The position numbers were made by a program, and so were the translations under genes. Source: an uncultured delta proteobacterium (GTDB lineage: Bacteria; Desulfobacterota; Desulfobacteria; Desulfobacterales; SG8-13). From it: DNA of 64,000 bases. Shown here piece by piece: positions 52,099 to 62,180 of this stretch; the first letter of the stretch is position 1; each line of letters begins with the position of its first letter. The notes below the pieces were generated by a model. It did no database searches and was not told where the DNA came from. It was given only the letters and a program-made list of their open reading frames with translations. The stretch spans positions 1,282,538 through 1,346,537 of the forward strand of contig CAWKCK010000017.1 in the NCBI GenBank assembly GCA_963848135.1. Direction: 5' to 3'.

Positions 52099-52251
52099 CG
52101 AATGACGCTTTATAACCGTTGATATTTTGTCGTTGTCAGCATATTCTGGAGCAAAACAAACGACGAATTGCCTTATGGTAGCGACAACGGTTGAACTCAC
52201 CGGCAGGCCGAAAACATTTATAATGTCAATGTTGAGGAAAGGAGATTACCC

Positions 52252-52749
52252 ATGAAACATCTGCGGCTGGCCCTGATTCTTCTACTGGCAACCGGGCTCC
52301 TGTACAACTGCACACCCAAACCCTTGGTGTACAATACGACCTATGACTTCGACATCAATGCCGGATTCACCGATCAAAAACGCTATGCCTGGCTGCCCCT
52401 TCCGATAACCTCGACAATTGATCCCTTGAGTATCGAAAGGATCAAATATTATGCCGATGCCGCTCTGCGGTCGAAAGGGCTGGTTGAGGTCTACGAAAAC
52501 CCTGATTTTGTGGTTGAAACCTACATCGGCTTTCAGAGCAAACTGGATACCACCGGCGGCCCGAAAGACTATGGGTTGTATAGAGAAGGAAAACTGCTTT
52601 TCACTTTCCTGAAACCGAAAACCAAGTTGCTCGTCTGGCGGGGATCAACCCGGGTGAGAATCCACCCGGCGCTGGAACCGGCTGAAGCGGACAAACTTAT
52701 CAGTGGTGCTGTCACCGCTATTTTGAACAACTATCCGCCGCCCAAGTAG
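52252..52749 (+). CDS. DUF4136-like lipoprotein
   Basis: Lipobox LYNC; YDFD...YAW, L.SKG...PDF, YREGKL...LVWRG, ILNNYPP. Confidence 0.85.
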   Translation: MKHLRLALILLLATGLLYNCTPKPLVYNTTYDFDINAGFTDQKRYAWLPLPITSTIDPLSIERIKYYADAALRSKGLVEVYENPDFVVETYIGFQSKLDTTGGPKDYGLYREGKLLFTFLKPKTKLLVWRGSTRVRIHPALEPAEADKLISGAVTAILNNYPPPK

Positions 52750-52890
52750 TGTTATCCTTAATTGGTGGGGATGGACGAAAAGCAACTGCGGCTTGCAACC
52801 AGCGCATGATAAACCACGATAATCGCACAATTGGGGTGTAGGACAGATTTAAGGGTTCGGGTAAATTCAAGAAAAGTCGGAACCGGTCGC

Positions 52891-53148
52891 TCAGGCATAG
52901 ATATCGATCAGCGCGCCCACGGAAACGCCGACGCTGCCGGTAACGCGGCTAACCCGTGTATACGTCTGCGCCTCCCGGTGGTGCACGTGGCGCGTCGTTT
53001 GAAGGCGGTGTGATCGCTCCTCAATGAGAGACAGATGGACAATTCTGTCTGCCTCTCCCCTGGCAGCCTGGCTGCCATGGTGGAAGGAATCGTCACGATA
53101 GTCGTGCAGCAGGTATGGTAGCAGTTTTAGGCTTGAAGGCTTCACCAT
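52891..53148 (-). CDS. Possible small hypothetical protein ending GALIDIYA
   Basis: 85-aa ORF downstream of a consensus sigma54 promoter; weak RBS. Confidence 0.4.
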   Translation of the reverse strand: MVKPSSLKLLPYLLHDYRDDSFHHGSQAARGEADRIVHLSLIEERSHRLQTTRHVHHREAQTYTRVSRVTGSVGVSVGALIDIYA

Positions 53149-53358
53149 ATAAAAGTTGCCGTTCCGAATCGTCGTCAATCGATAGGTTCAAAATTTGAAT
53201 TCAACCGCGCTGCTCCGGTTCTAATATCCTTGCAGCGCACCGACGAAAAGCGGGGAATTCGAATTTGGATTTTAAAAACGGCAAAGAGAAAAGTACCGCA
53301 TTAAAAATAATTCATCCGGATGTCCACAGCATGGGCACCGTCCCCGATTAATTTCCTC

Positions 53359-53374
53359 AGCAAGTTTTGTACCA
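53359..53374 (-). promoter_or_regulatory. sigma54 (-24/-12) promoter
   Basis: Minus strand TGGTAC-AAAAC-TTGCT, with AT-rich tract upstream. Confidence 0.6.
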
Positions 53375-53747
53375 GCCGTTAAATAAAATTTTAGCTTATA
53401 TTTCAGGGTGTTGAATAAGTTATGACACTCTGAAATGGTAAAGTATTACCCACCCTTCTGAAATAAGATTCTCATTCCCAAAACGTTGTATTGATTCTAT
53501 ACTGCAAATGTATTCACATGGAATACAAAAGGGAAAGCGAAACCGAACAAAGAATGACTCGCCAAGAATTTATCGTGCTATACCGTTTTTCAAAAATATC
53601 TTCCGGCATGCGAAAGGATGGTATAAATGGTTGTAGAAAAAACGATCCTGTAACCGAACGTTTTTTGACAACCACTATAACAACACCACATTCGGCCCTG
53701 GGGGGATCGGCAACGACGCCCCAGGTAAGCGAGGAATCGAGGGAAAG

Positions 53748-54557
53748 ATGGGATCGTTGAAAAATTCGGGCCACCGGGTTGCAACGTCCGTCAACCTGTC
53801 CCGTTCGGCAAACGCCGCCAGGATAGTGACCGGCATATTGCTTGCTCTCATGCTTGGTTTGGGTGGCTGTAAATCCGTCTACGAATTCGGTAATCCCCCC
53901 CGCGAGCAGGTCATTCTGCTGCATGGCCTTGGTCGAACGGACCGTGCGATGTCCTTTTTGCAGAAACGGATCAGTGAGGCGGGGTATACGACACATAATA
54001 TAGAATACCGTTCATTGAAGGATACCCCAGATGAGATTATAAACAAGGTTGGAGAAGAAATTGCGCGCTGTTGTAAAAACAACGGCCGCCCTGTTCACTT
54101 CGTCGGGCACTCCCTCGGGGGGCTGGTTGTCCGCGCCTACCTGGAGCGGCAGCCATTGAATAATCTTGGCCGCGTGGTTCTCATTGGAACACCGAACCAG
54201 GGCAGTGAGTTGGTCGACAGGTATGGAGATGATTGGTTTTTTGGGCTCCTTGGCCCAACAGCGCGTGAGCTCGGTACGGATCGTTCCGACTTGCCCAAAC
54301 GGATCGCACCACCATACTACCCGCTGGGAATCGTTGCGGGCGCTTCAAGTTTTCGTCCGATCTTTTCCAGGATTCTGCCGGGGCCGGATGACGGAATGGT
54401 GGCCGTGGAAAGCACAAAAATAGAGGGAATGGCCGATTTTCTTCTCGTGGACACCTCCCACGGCATGTTACGGTACAACAAAACAGTCGCCGAAGAAGCC
54501 ATATACTTCATACGCCACGGAAAATTTTCGCACGCATCGGCAGCCCTTCCTCCCTGA
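53748..54557 (+). CDS. Alpha/beta-fold lipase/esterase lipoprotein
   Basis: LGGC lipobox, LLHGLGR, VGHSLGG, GTPNQGS, DDGMV, SH. Confidence 0.88.
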   Translation: MGSLKNSGHRVATSVNLSRSANAARIVTGILLALMLGLGGCKSVYEFGNPPREQVILLHGLGRTDRAMSFLQKRISEAGYTTHNIEYRSLKDTPDEIINKVGEEIARCCKNNGRPVHFVGHSLGGLVVRAYLERQPLNNLGRVVLIGTPNQGSELVDRYGDDWFFGLLGPTARELGTDRSDLPKRIAPPYYPLGIVAGASSFRPIFSRILPGPDDGMVAVESTKIEGMADFLLVDTSHGMLRYNKTVAEEAIYFIRHGKFSHASAALPP

Positions 54558-54623
54558 CGGTACTGTCGGTCGGCTTTGACGGTGGCCAAGTCTTCTAAAA
54601 TAGCGCATGAGGAACGCTGCGGC

Positions 54624-54989
54624 TTAAGGCTTCGAGACGAGCAACCGGGTGACCTTTTTTTCAAGGTCTTCATTGTCGATCGGTTTGACGCAGTATTCAG
54701 CCGCACCCAGTTGGAAGGATTCCTGGGCGGTTTCGATGGTGGGATAACCGGTGAGAATGATGGCACGGGTGGCCGGCGCGATCCGTTTTAATTCCGCCAG
54801 CACTTCCACACCACTCATATATTTCAAGTTGAGGTCCAAAATTGCCAAATCGACAGGGTTTTCAGCGGCAAACGACAGCGCCTCTTGTTCTTCGGTAAAT
54901 GGGAAGACGGTATGTCCGGTCTCCTCCAAAATGCGACGTATCAGATTCACAGCATCCGCAACGTCGTCGAGTACGAGGATTTTCGCCAT
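54624..54989 (-). CDS. Stand-alone response regulator receiver
   Basis: MAKILVLDD, LAILD, LTGY, YCVKP; 121 aa. Confidence 0.9.
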   Translation of the reverse strand: MAKILVLDDVADAVNLIRRILEETGHTVFPFTEEQEALSFAAENPVDLAILDLNLKYMSGVEVLAELKRIAPATRAIILTGYPTIETAQESFQLGAAEYCVKPIDNEDLEKKVTRLLVSKP

Positions 54990-55000
54990 CTGTGTCCCCT

Positions 55001-55060
55001 TATAGTGGTTGTCAAAAAAACGTTCCCTTCTTCGAACGTTTTTTCCACCAACCACTTATA
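55001..55060. repeat. Imperfect palindrome with MITE-family terminus (copy 4, divergent)
   Basis: tatagtggttgtcaaaaaaacgttc-N8-gaacgttttttccaccaaccacttata; first 14 nt identical to the 16204 end. Confidence 0.55.
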
Positions 55061-55100
55061 CCACCCTTCCGTATTTCGGAATTTATTATTGAAAAGCGGT

Positions 55101-55862
55101 CTATTTTCGTGTCCGGTCACTCACCGATTTGATGCGATCGGAAAAAAGTTTTGTACAGGTCGGACAGTAGTTGTGGTGGGACTTCACATCCGTATGGCCC
55201 AATGTCCGCTCGTGAATATGTTCCAGAAATCGCGGGGTGGCATACAGTCGGCCGCAACCTTCACAGCGTTCCAGCGGGTGTCTTCCGATGATCTCGCCTC
55301 GAATGGTGATGGTTCGAACATTGTCTTTGTCTTCGATAAGAATGACGTCGGTCGGGCATATATTGGCACAGGTGCCGCAACCGATGCATTTCCCTTCCAC
55401 AGGAACGACGAAATTCTGTCCAATACGCTTCTCCATTCTGAGAGCACCGGGACCGACAATTTCCTTACACACCCGGATACAAAGCCGGCAGCGGATGCAT
55501 CCATCGGGAGGCGCGCCCGTATGAACGCCGTATTTTTCGGCCAGAGTGGTGATCGCTGCAGATTGCGGCGCCATCCGCAACAAATCCCGGAACGCACGCA
55601 TGCGCGCGTTGTCCACAACCTTGCCACCGGTCTTCACCGTCAATCCTTCGCTCACCTTGAGTATGCAGGCCAGCATGGTGATCGGTTTTCCGGAAGACCG
55701 GCCCGACACCTCCACAGCGCACAACTTGCACGCCCCCGAAGGTTTAAGCGCCGGGTGATAGCATAGTGTCGGAATGTTCACACCGTGTTGCTTGAGCACT
55801 TCAAGAACGGTTTGACCCTCCTGTGCCTCGATATTCTTCCCATCGATTTCAATGGCTACCAT
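55101..55862 (-). CDS. [2Fe-2S] + [4Fe-4S] electron-transfer protein (NuoG/HndD N-terminus-like)
   Basis: IPTLC...GACKLC...AC; CIRCRLCIRVC; CIGCGTCANICP; CEGCG...CPTC. Confidence 0.9.
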   Translation of the reverse strand: MVAIEIDGKNIEAQEGQTVLEVLKQHGVNIPTLCYHPALKPSGACKLCAVEVSGRSSGKPITMLACILKVSEGLTVKTGGKVVDNARMRAFRDLLRMAPQSAAITTLAEKYGVHTGAPPDGCIRCRLCIRVCKEIVGPGALRMEKRIGQNFVVPVEGKCIGCGTCANICPTDVILIEDKDNVRTITIRGEIIGRHPLERCEGCGRLYATPRFLEHIHERTLGHTDVKSHHNYCPTCTKLFSDRIKSVSDRTRK

Positions 55863-55946
55863 TTAACTCCTCCATGCGAGAGGGTTCGCCGTCCGCAATG
55901 ATCGAGAACTGGTCCGCTCGGCCGCAGTATAAAAATCTATCTCGGA

Positions 55947-56396
55947 TCAATCCCTACCGGCTTCATGCAGATCGTCGATGTAGTTCTTCAAGTGGCGAAG
56001 CTCATCTTCGAGGGTTCGTATGTGTTCCATCATCAGTTCCCTCGCGTTGAGAACGCCGTTTAACTGTCCGTCCTCAATCACCGGCAAATGACCGATGTTC
56101 GCCCGAAACATCATCTCCATGGCCGTTTCGCGCTCTGCATCAGGGCCGACGATAATCAGATTGTTGCTCATTGCCGCCCCCAGTGTTATCCCACCAAAGA
56201 CGGCCGGCTTCTCTTTGAGGCAAAACCGAAGGCAATCTCTGGTTGAAAATATACCCACCGGGCGATCTTCCTCTACAACGATCAACGCGCCCACCTTCTC
56301 TTTGTCCATCAGGATAATGGCATCCTCGATGGATAAATGAGCGGGTGCCGTCACAACCGATCGTGCCGTTTTTTTCAACAAGTCGCGTACCGCCAT
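55947..56396 (-). CDS. CBS-domain pair protein
   Basis: VGALIVV...VGIFSTRD; IGHLPVI...GVLNAREL; C-terminal coiled coil. Confidence 0.88.
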   Translation of the reverse strand: MAVRDLLKKTARSVVTAPAHLSIEDAIILMDKEKVGALIVVEEDRPVGIFSTRDCLRFCLKEKPAVFGGITLGAAMSNNLIIVGPDAERETAMEMMFRANIGHLPVIEDGQLNGVLNARELMMEHIRTLEDELRHLKNYIDDLHEAGRD

Positions 56397-56431
56397 GGGA
56401 TCTCTCTCCCGGCAGGGGCAAGGTCTTTTTA

Positions 56432-56641
56432 CTATTCCAGCAGCCTGAGGCAATCCTGGGGGAATCGATGGGTCCCTTTGCCCACGAGGCTGACCTCAAC
56501 CAGAGCATCGGGATCATTGATGGCGGTGTCCGGATCGGTGATCATACCGTGGAGTCCGATGTATTCATCCATATAGCTTTCCCAGCTTTCGTCGGATGAC
56601 CGGCGATAGACTTCTACTTTCTGGCCGCGACGGAATTCCAT
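56432..56641 (-). CDS. Small hypothetical protein, SH3/KOW-like
   Basis: In operon with RBS; FRRGQKVEV...MDEYIG..G.I....FP..CL. Confidence 0.7.
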   Translation of the reverse strand: MEFRRGQKVEVYRRSSDESWESYMDEYIGLHGMITDPDTAINDPDALVEVSLVGKGTHRFPQDCLRLLE

Positions 56642-56650
56642 GGTCTTCTC

Positions 56651-58822
56651 CTATTTTTGGTTCAATAGTGCCGGGGTGTCGTCGCCGCTGCGCCGGGCGG
56701 TTGACTTCCGGGCACACGCCTCGCACAGCCGCTGGTTTCCTTTAATCCGGGCCACAGTGCTGGTTCTTTTGCGAACGAAATCCAGGTAGCGAACCGGTCC
56801 TAAAACAGCGCCGCAGTCTTCACAATATAACAGCTTTTGACGATTCAATATAGTGCCGCATAGGGAAAGTATTCTCTCCCCACCCGTGTCTTCCATCCGC
56901 ATGGCGCCAGTGGGGCAGTTGGCGGCGCAAGCCCCGCACGCAATACAGCGCTCCGCCGTCATCCGGAATTCGGTTTTCACCGGATGATCGAAGTCAAAAT
57001 ATCCCATCTGCAAGGCATCTACCATCATTTTGTCCCTACAAATTTCGACACACTTTCCGCACCGCAGGCAGATATCGCACCGCAGACACCTTCGCGCCTC
57101 TTCACGAACTTCGTTTTCTGAATAGCCCAATTCCACCTGCTGGAATGTCGTCCGCCGACGATCGATGTTGAGCAAGGGCATTTCCGGACGTTTGAGGGTC
57201 ATCTTCGTACTTGCCGGTACCTCCAGCCATTTGACCCGCCCTCTTCTAACAGGTACCGGCGGCATGCTGGGCTGCGGAATGCCTCTGAAATATCGATCGA
57301 TGGATTCCGCTGCCCGTTTCCCGGCCCCGATGGCCTCGATGACGGTCGCCGGACCGGTAACGGCATCTCCACCTGCGAAAACGCCGGCCATATCGGTTTC
57401 CATGGTGGCCATATTGACATGAATGGTGTTTCGTCTCGTCCATTCAACTGTCGATAGTTCCTGCATGCATGAATTATCGACGCGCTGCCCGATCGCACAG
57501 ATGATGACGTCGGCTTCCAGCAGGAACTCGCTGCCGTCAATGGGCTTGGGAACCTTGCGGTTCCTGCCTTCCATTTGTACCATTTTGGCCCGGAGGCATT
57601 GCAATCCGTCTATAGCGCTATCGTTCCGGCCGACGCCGATGGGAACGGTTAAAAATTCGAGATGAATGCCCTCTTCCTCGGCCTGTTCGACTTCCTCCTC
57701 GTCGGCCGGCATCTCGGTGCGGGTGCGCCGATAGGCGATGGTGACTTCCTGGCAGCCCAGCCGCAGCGATGTTCGAGCGGCATCGATGGCCACATTTCCA
57801 CCGCCGATGACAACCACCCGTTTACCGGGTATCGTACGGTCCCCTAAAGCAACCCTTCGCAACAGGTCGACAGCCTCGATGACCTGCGGGCAATCCTCTT
57901 CCCCCGGTATCCCCAACTTGAACGACCGTTGGGCGCCGATGGCAAAGAAAAAGGCATCAAATCCTTCCTTCTTCAAGGCCTGGAAAGTGGCATCCTTTCC
58001 AAAACGGGTGTTGAATTGAAACGCAACACCGAGTTCCGTGAGTTTTGCAACCTCCCGATCGATGACTTCCCGCGGCAGGCGGTAACGGGGAATGCCGAGT
58101 AACAGCATACCACCGGCCACCGGTTGATGCTCGATCACCCGCACGCTGTAACCCTTCAGGACCAGGTAGTAGGCCGCACTCATTCCACCGGGACCGGCAC
58201 CGACCACACACACTTTTTTCCCCTGGTCCGGGGCCTTTTCCGGATTGTGGTAGGTCCTTTCGGACATGGACCGTTCGGCGGCAAATCCCTTGAGGAATTT
58301 AATCGATATCGGTGTATCGATCCGCGCCCGGACACACATGTACTCGCAGGGCCGCGTACAAACCAGCCCGCATACCCAGGGAAACGGGCAGTCTTTTCTG
58401 ATGACATCGATCGCCTCCCCATCCTGCCCCATCCCGATCAGAGTCAGATAGGTTGGAATGTCCAGCCCGGCCGGACAGGTCATCTGACAAGGCGCCGGGG
58501 CCAGTCGCAGGCAGTCACCGCCGGCACAGTTATGGGTCTCGATGTGACTGACGAACACTTCCCTGTGGGCATCGAGGGCGTCGCTAAGCGTCCGGGCCAC
58601 GTTCATCGAGGCCTCTCCAAACTCTTTGCTCACCAGTTGTCCGACCAGGGATTCGATCGCCGAAATATGCTCACCGCCGGCTCTTCCCAGGGCGATATCT
58701 TCCAAAAGCCGTAGTACTTCCTCCGCAATCCTGCGGCTTCTGGGATGCGACAGACCTCCGGAGCCGATGACGCTCTTCAGGTCGGCAATGCTTTTATTAA
58801 CCGGACAGACGTCTTCGGTCAT
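56651..58822 (-). CDS. NfnB/GltD-like FAD/NAD(P) oxidoreductase with extra Fe-S domains
   Basis: PCQMTCP...CGLVCTRPCEYMC; GAGPGG; GIPRYRLP; GGGNVAID; YRRT; FAGGDAV; CLRCGKCVEIC, CIACGACAANCP, CEDCG...CEAC. Confidence 0.92.
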   Translation of the reverse strand: MTEDVCPVNKSIADLKSVIGSGGLSHPRSRRIAEEVLRLLEDIALGRAGGEHISAIESLVGQLVSKEFGEASMNVARTLSDALDAHREVFVSHIETHNCAGGDCLRLAPAPCQMTCPAGLDIPTYLTLIGMGQDGEAIDVIRKDCPFPWVCGLVCTRPCEYMCVRARIDTPISIKFLKGFAAERSMSERTYHNPEKAPDQGKKVCVVGAGPGGMSAAYYLVLKGYSVRVIEHQPVAGGMLLLGIPRYRLPREVIDREVAKLTELGVAFQFNTRFGKDATFQALKKEGFDAFFFAIGAQRSFKLGIPGEEDCPQVIEAVDLLRRVALGDRTIPGKRVVVIGGGNVAIDAARTSLRLGCQEVTIAYRRTRTEMPADEEEVEQAEEEGIHLEFLTVPIGVGRNDSAIDGLQCLRAKMVQMEGRNRKVPKPIDGSEFLLEADVIICAIGQRVDNSCMQELSTVEWTRRNTIHVNMATMETDMAGVFAGGDAVTGPATVIEAIGAGKRAAESIDRYFRGIPQPSMPPVPVRRGRVKWLEVPASTKMTLKRPEMPLLNIDRRRTTFQQVELGYSENEVREEARRCLRCDICLRCGKCVEICRDKMMVDALQMGYFDFDHPVKTEFRMTAERCIACGACAANCPTGAMRMEDTGGERILSLCGTILNRQKLLYCEDCGAVLGPVRYLDFVRKRTSTVARIKGNQRLCEACARKSTARRSGDDTPALLNQK

Positions 58823-59023
58823 TTCTTCCTCATCACTCTATTGGCGGCAGCCTTTATATTTCACAAATTTGAGGCTTGCATAGCCCTTGGCCAAGTCTTC
58901 GTCCTTCTACCAGGTGCCTCAAATAATGCGGACCAATAGACACGAACGTCCTCGTTTGGCCCAGAGAGTGAAACTTTTCGGATCGCCAATGCGTCTCTAA
59001 TATGTCTTCCATTTGCGGCAATA

Positions 59024-59533
59024 TCACACCTGGTCCAGGGCCGCGACGGCCCGTGCATGACGCTCCCGTCGGATCTGGGTCGTGTCCTCAACCTTGCCGA
59101 AGCTCAGACAGTGCGTTGTGCAAACTGTGACACAGGCCGGTTTGAGACCTTGATCGATACGATCCATGCAGTAGTCGCACTTGACAGCTTTTCCGGTTTC
59201 TGAGTTCCACTGAGGCGCTCCCCAGGGACAAGCTGTAATGCAAGCCTTGCAACCAACGCAGCGTTCCGACTCTACAAATACGATCCCGTCTTTGACCCTT
59301 TTCTGCATGGCACCCGTCGGGCAGGCCGCCACGCACCAGGGATCTTCGCAATGAAAGCAGGGCATGAAAATGTATGACGCCTTGGGAAGTCCACCAACAA
59401 ACTTCGGCCCGACTGTTATAATCTGAGATATCCGGGGTCCAACCGGCAGGTTCTTGTTGCTCTTGCACTGGATGGTGCAGGTGTGGCAGCCGATGCATTT
59501 TTTTGAATCCTGAAACAGGTAGTAATTACTCAT
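59024..59533 (-). CDS. 4x[4Fe-4S] subunit (PsrB/PhsB/DmsB-like)
   Basis: CIGCHTCTIQC, CFHCEDPWCVAACP, CVGCKACITACP, CDYC...PACVTVC. Confidence 0.93.
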   Translation of the reverse strand: MSNYYLFQDSKKCIGCHTCTIQCKSNKNLPVGPRISQIITVGPKFVGGLPKASYIFMPCFHCEDPWCVAACPTGAMQKRVKDGIVFVESERCVGCKACITACPWGAPQWNSETGKAVKCDYCMDRIDQGLKPACVTVCTTHCLSFGKVEDTTQIRRERHARAVAALDQV

Positions 59534-59566
59534 TTAAATCCTCCAGAGTTGTCATTCGCTTTCGCG

Positions 59567-61651
59567 TTATGCCGGGTTGACCGTGACAAAGGTTTCATGC
59601 AGAGCAGGGCTGCCGCCGATTTTATCCATTACATTTTCCTGAAGCAGGCTATCCGACACCCCTTTGTTGAAACTGCGCGTAGCCGCTTTGGCTTGATGGC
59701 CAAAACCGTGCAGCATAAACACGGTCTCAGGGTGAATCAGGTCAGTAACGAACGCCTTGATGGTTCCCTTGCCGCAACTGGATGCCACTTCGACAACATC
59801 GCCGGTTTTGATCCCCAGTTCAGCCGCCTTTCCGGAATTGAGCCATAGGACGTTCTCCGGAACAATTTCGTTCAAATAGGGATTGTTCTGGGTGGAGACA
59901 TGAGTGTGCAGGGCGACCCTGCCGGTGACGAGACGAAATTCGTTGCCCATCGGTCTTTTGACGGGTTCGTATTCCGGAAAAGATTTGAATCCTGCTTCCT
60001 CCAGCAGGGATGACTTGAATTCAATTTTCCCGGAGGGTGATTTGAGTTTCAAACCGTCGTTGCGGTCCCAGAAGATCTGATTCTTGCCGTAGGCCACAAA
60101 TCCCTTGGCATTGAAATCTTCCGCGCTGAAACCGGTGCCCTCCAGCTGCCAGGCGACCAATTCATCCATGGTCTTGTATGGGAAGTATTTTCCGATACCG
60201 ATGCGCTCGCCAATCTGTTTCAGAATGATGGCCCCCTCCCGGGTATCGTAACGCGGTGCAACCGCCTGGCGCCGTAAAAACATCTGCGGTTTCAAGCCGT
60301 TGGCCTGCTGAATGCAGTCGGTTCGTTCGAGATAGGAAGATTCCGGCAGCACAACATCAGAGTAACTGGCAATATCGCTGTGGTTGATGTCGATGGTCAC
60401 GATCAGGTCGAGTTTGTCCAATGCCTTACGGGTCAAACCAGAATCGGGAATCGATCCCAACGGTTCGAAGCGGAAAGCAATGAGTGCCTTGATCGGATAC
60501 GGATCCTCATTGAGGATGGCATGGGGCAAAATTTGCGGTACCCCGTGACTGGGATCCGGCAGCGGCAAGTCGGGCGTACCCGCCTTGTCGAACCGCGGAA
60601 GATCAATTTTCGGAAATTTCTGTTCGACCAGTTTGCGGGCCGCCTTGCCGCCGGCCTCGCCCGGCCCTTTTTTGAAGAACAGGCCGCCCTTGTTTTCGAT
60701 ACTGCCCATCAGCGCGTTTAGCATCAGTATTGAGCGACGCTGATAAATTTCGTTGGTGTAGTGGGCGCCACGATAACCGTAGTGAAACACCACGGATGGT
60801 TTGTCCCGGCTGATTTCCCTGGCCAGGTTCACGATTTCATCCGCTGCAATACCGGTTTCCCCTGCCGCCCAATCCGGTGTGTATGGCCTGACAAAATCCT
60901 GCAATTCGGAAAGTCCGTGCACCCAACGATCGACATAAGCGGCATCGTACAGACGCTCTTTCAAAATCACGTGTATCAGGGCATAGTTCAAGGCCAGGTC
61001 GGTTCCCGGCCGTATCATCCAGTACCGGTGCGCCTTTGTCGCCGTGACAGTGACCCGGGGATCGATGTAGGTCAGCTTGGCCCCGTTTTCAATGGCACTC
61101 ATCAGGTTGTTAACCTCTTTGACCGAGACGGCCTCGAATATATTGCGACCGTAAAGGACGATGTGCTTGGTGTTTTTGTAATCGATCCCGACCTGACCAT
61201 CGGTCAGCCCGAACAGGGACCGGCAGGCGGTATTCACCGATCCCTTACACAGGGCGTCGTGAGTGAAATGGTTGGGGCTTTTTATCGCCTTCAGGAAGGT
61301 CTTGCTCACGTGAGTGGCCAGTTGCGTCCGCTCGCCTAAGACGACGCTATGACCGCCGTGCTTGTCGATAATGGCCTGCAGTTTTTCGCCAATGTAGTCA
61401 AGAGCTTCGTCCCAGCTGACCTTGCGCCACTTACCGGCGCCACGTTCGCCTTCACGGATCATCGGTGACTGAAGCCGCTCGTGATCGTAAAGCATGTTGA
61501 TGCCGGCCGCACCTCGGGGACACAAACTTCCTTCCATTCCGGGAACATGGGGATTGCCCTCGATCCAGCGGACCTGACCGTCTTGTGCCAGAACCTTGAT
61601 CGGACAGCGGATCGAACACATGAAACAAAGACTGAAAACTGAATTCTCCAT
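59567..61651 (-). CDS. Mo/W-bisPGD oxidoreductase catalytic subunit, PsrA/PhsA-like, no Tat signal
   Basis: FS0 CFMCSIRC...LCPRG; probable Cys ligand HDALC; IRPGTDLAL; SDVVLPESSYLER; HGFGH; RBS aggagg. Confidence 0.92.
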   Translation of the reverse strand: MENSVFSLCFMCSIRCPIKVLAQDGQVRWIEGNPHVPGMEGSLCPRGAAGINMLYDHERLQSPMIREGERGAGKWRKVSWDEALDYIGEKLQAIIDKHGGHSVVLGERTQLATHVSKTFLKAIKSPNHFTHDALCKGSVNTACRSLFGLTDGQVGIDYKNTKHIVLYGRNIFEAVSVKEVNNLMSAIENGAKLTYIDPRVTVTATKAHRYWMIRPGTDLALNYALIHVILKERLYDAAYVDRWVHGLSELQDFVRPYTPDWAAGETGIAADEIVNLAREISRDKPSVVFHYGYRGAHYTNEIYQRRSILMLNALMGSIENKGGLFFKKGPGEAGGKAARKLVEQKFPKIDLPRFDKAGTPDLPLPDPSHGVPQILPHAILNEDPYPIKALIAFRFEPLGSIPDSGLTRKALDKLDLIVTIDINHSDIASYSDVVLPESSYLERTDCIQQANGLKPQMFLRRQAVAPRYDTREGAIILKQIGERIGIGKYFPYKTMDELVAWQLEGTGFSAEDFNAKGFVAYGKNQIFWDRNDGLKLKSPSGKIEFKSSLLEEAGFKSFPEYEPVKRPMGNEFRLVTGRVALHTHVSTQNNPYLNEIVPENVLWLNSGKAAELGIKTGDVVEVASSCGKGTIKAFVTDLIHPETVFMLHGFGHQAKAATRSFNKGVSDSLLQENVMDKIGGSPALHETFVTVNPA

Positions 61652-61779
61652 ACTGTAAACCCTCCTAATAACCAATTGTATAAAACAACACCGTTTTTAT
61701 CTGTCCGCTCGACCGCTGAGAATTTGTTGATCAGACGGTCTACCGAAACGTACCATTTGGCTGTGACACCAAAAATGAT

Positions 61780-61795
61780 AGCAATATCCATACCA
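61780..61795 (-). promoter_or_regulatory. sigma54 promoter for the molybdoenzyme operon
   Basis: Minus strand TGGTAT-GGATA-TTGCT, ~130 nt upstream of the ATG. Confidence 0.7.
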
Positions 61796-62019
61796 TTGTA
61801 TAGCTCAAATGGAAACCGGTGAAAGCATCTGCGAACCCCAAGGAATGTCCAATAATAACAAATCGTAATAGACCCCACACGCCAGCCGAACAAAAAGGCG
61901 AAACGGCGCCTCCAGCAAAAACCGCATCAAATTTAATGCAATGCAATAATTATACTGCACCATTGTCAAGGATTTATATTTATTACATTTTTTAACTTTA
62001 ACCCGGTTTAACGAATGGT

Positions 62020-62053
62020 GCCCACCAAGATTGGGCCACCGGTAACAGTGGCC
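62020..62053. promoter_or_regulatory. Two overlapping palindromes, candidate shared enhancer
   Basis: gccca-N7-tgggc and ggccac-N8-gtggcc between the divergent sigma54 promoters. Confidence 0.4.
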
Positions 62054-62180
62054 ATTGAATCCAACCGCCTTTTCGCGATCCATTGGATCAAAGACACGCT
62101 TTTAAGTTATTTAATTGAAATCGTTACGTTTTTTTCCCTGAAGCGCCAGATATATCTAAAATCACCCTAACCGGGTCGAG

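Noticed and set aside
52183..52237. Integron attC-like site before the DUF4136 gene (caacggttgaactcaccggc...gttgagg)
   Set aside because: Only the left half resembles attC; no complementary right arm and no integron integrase.
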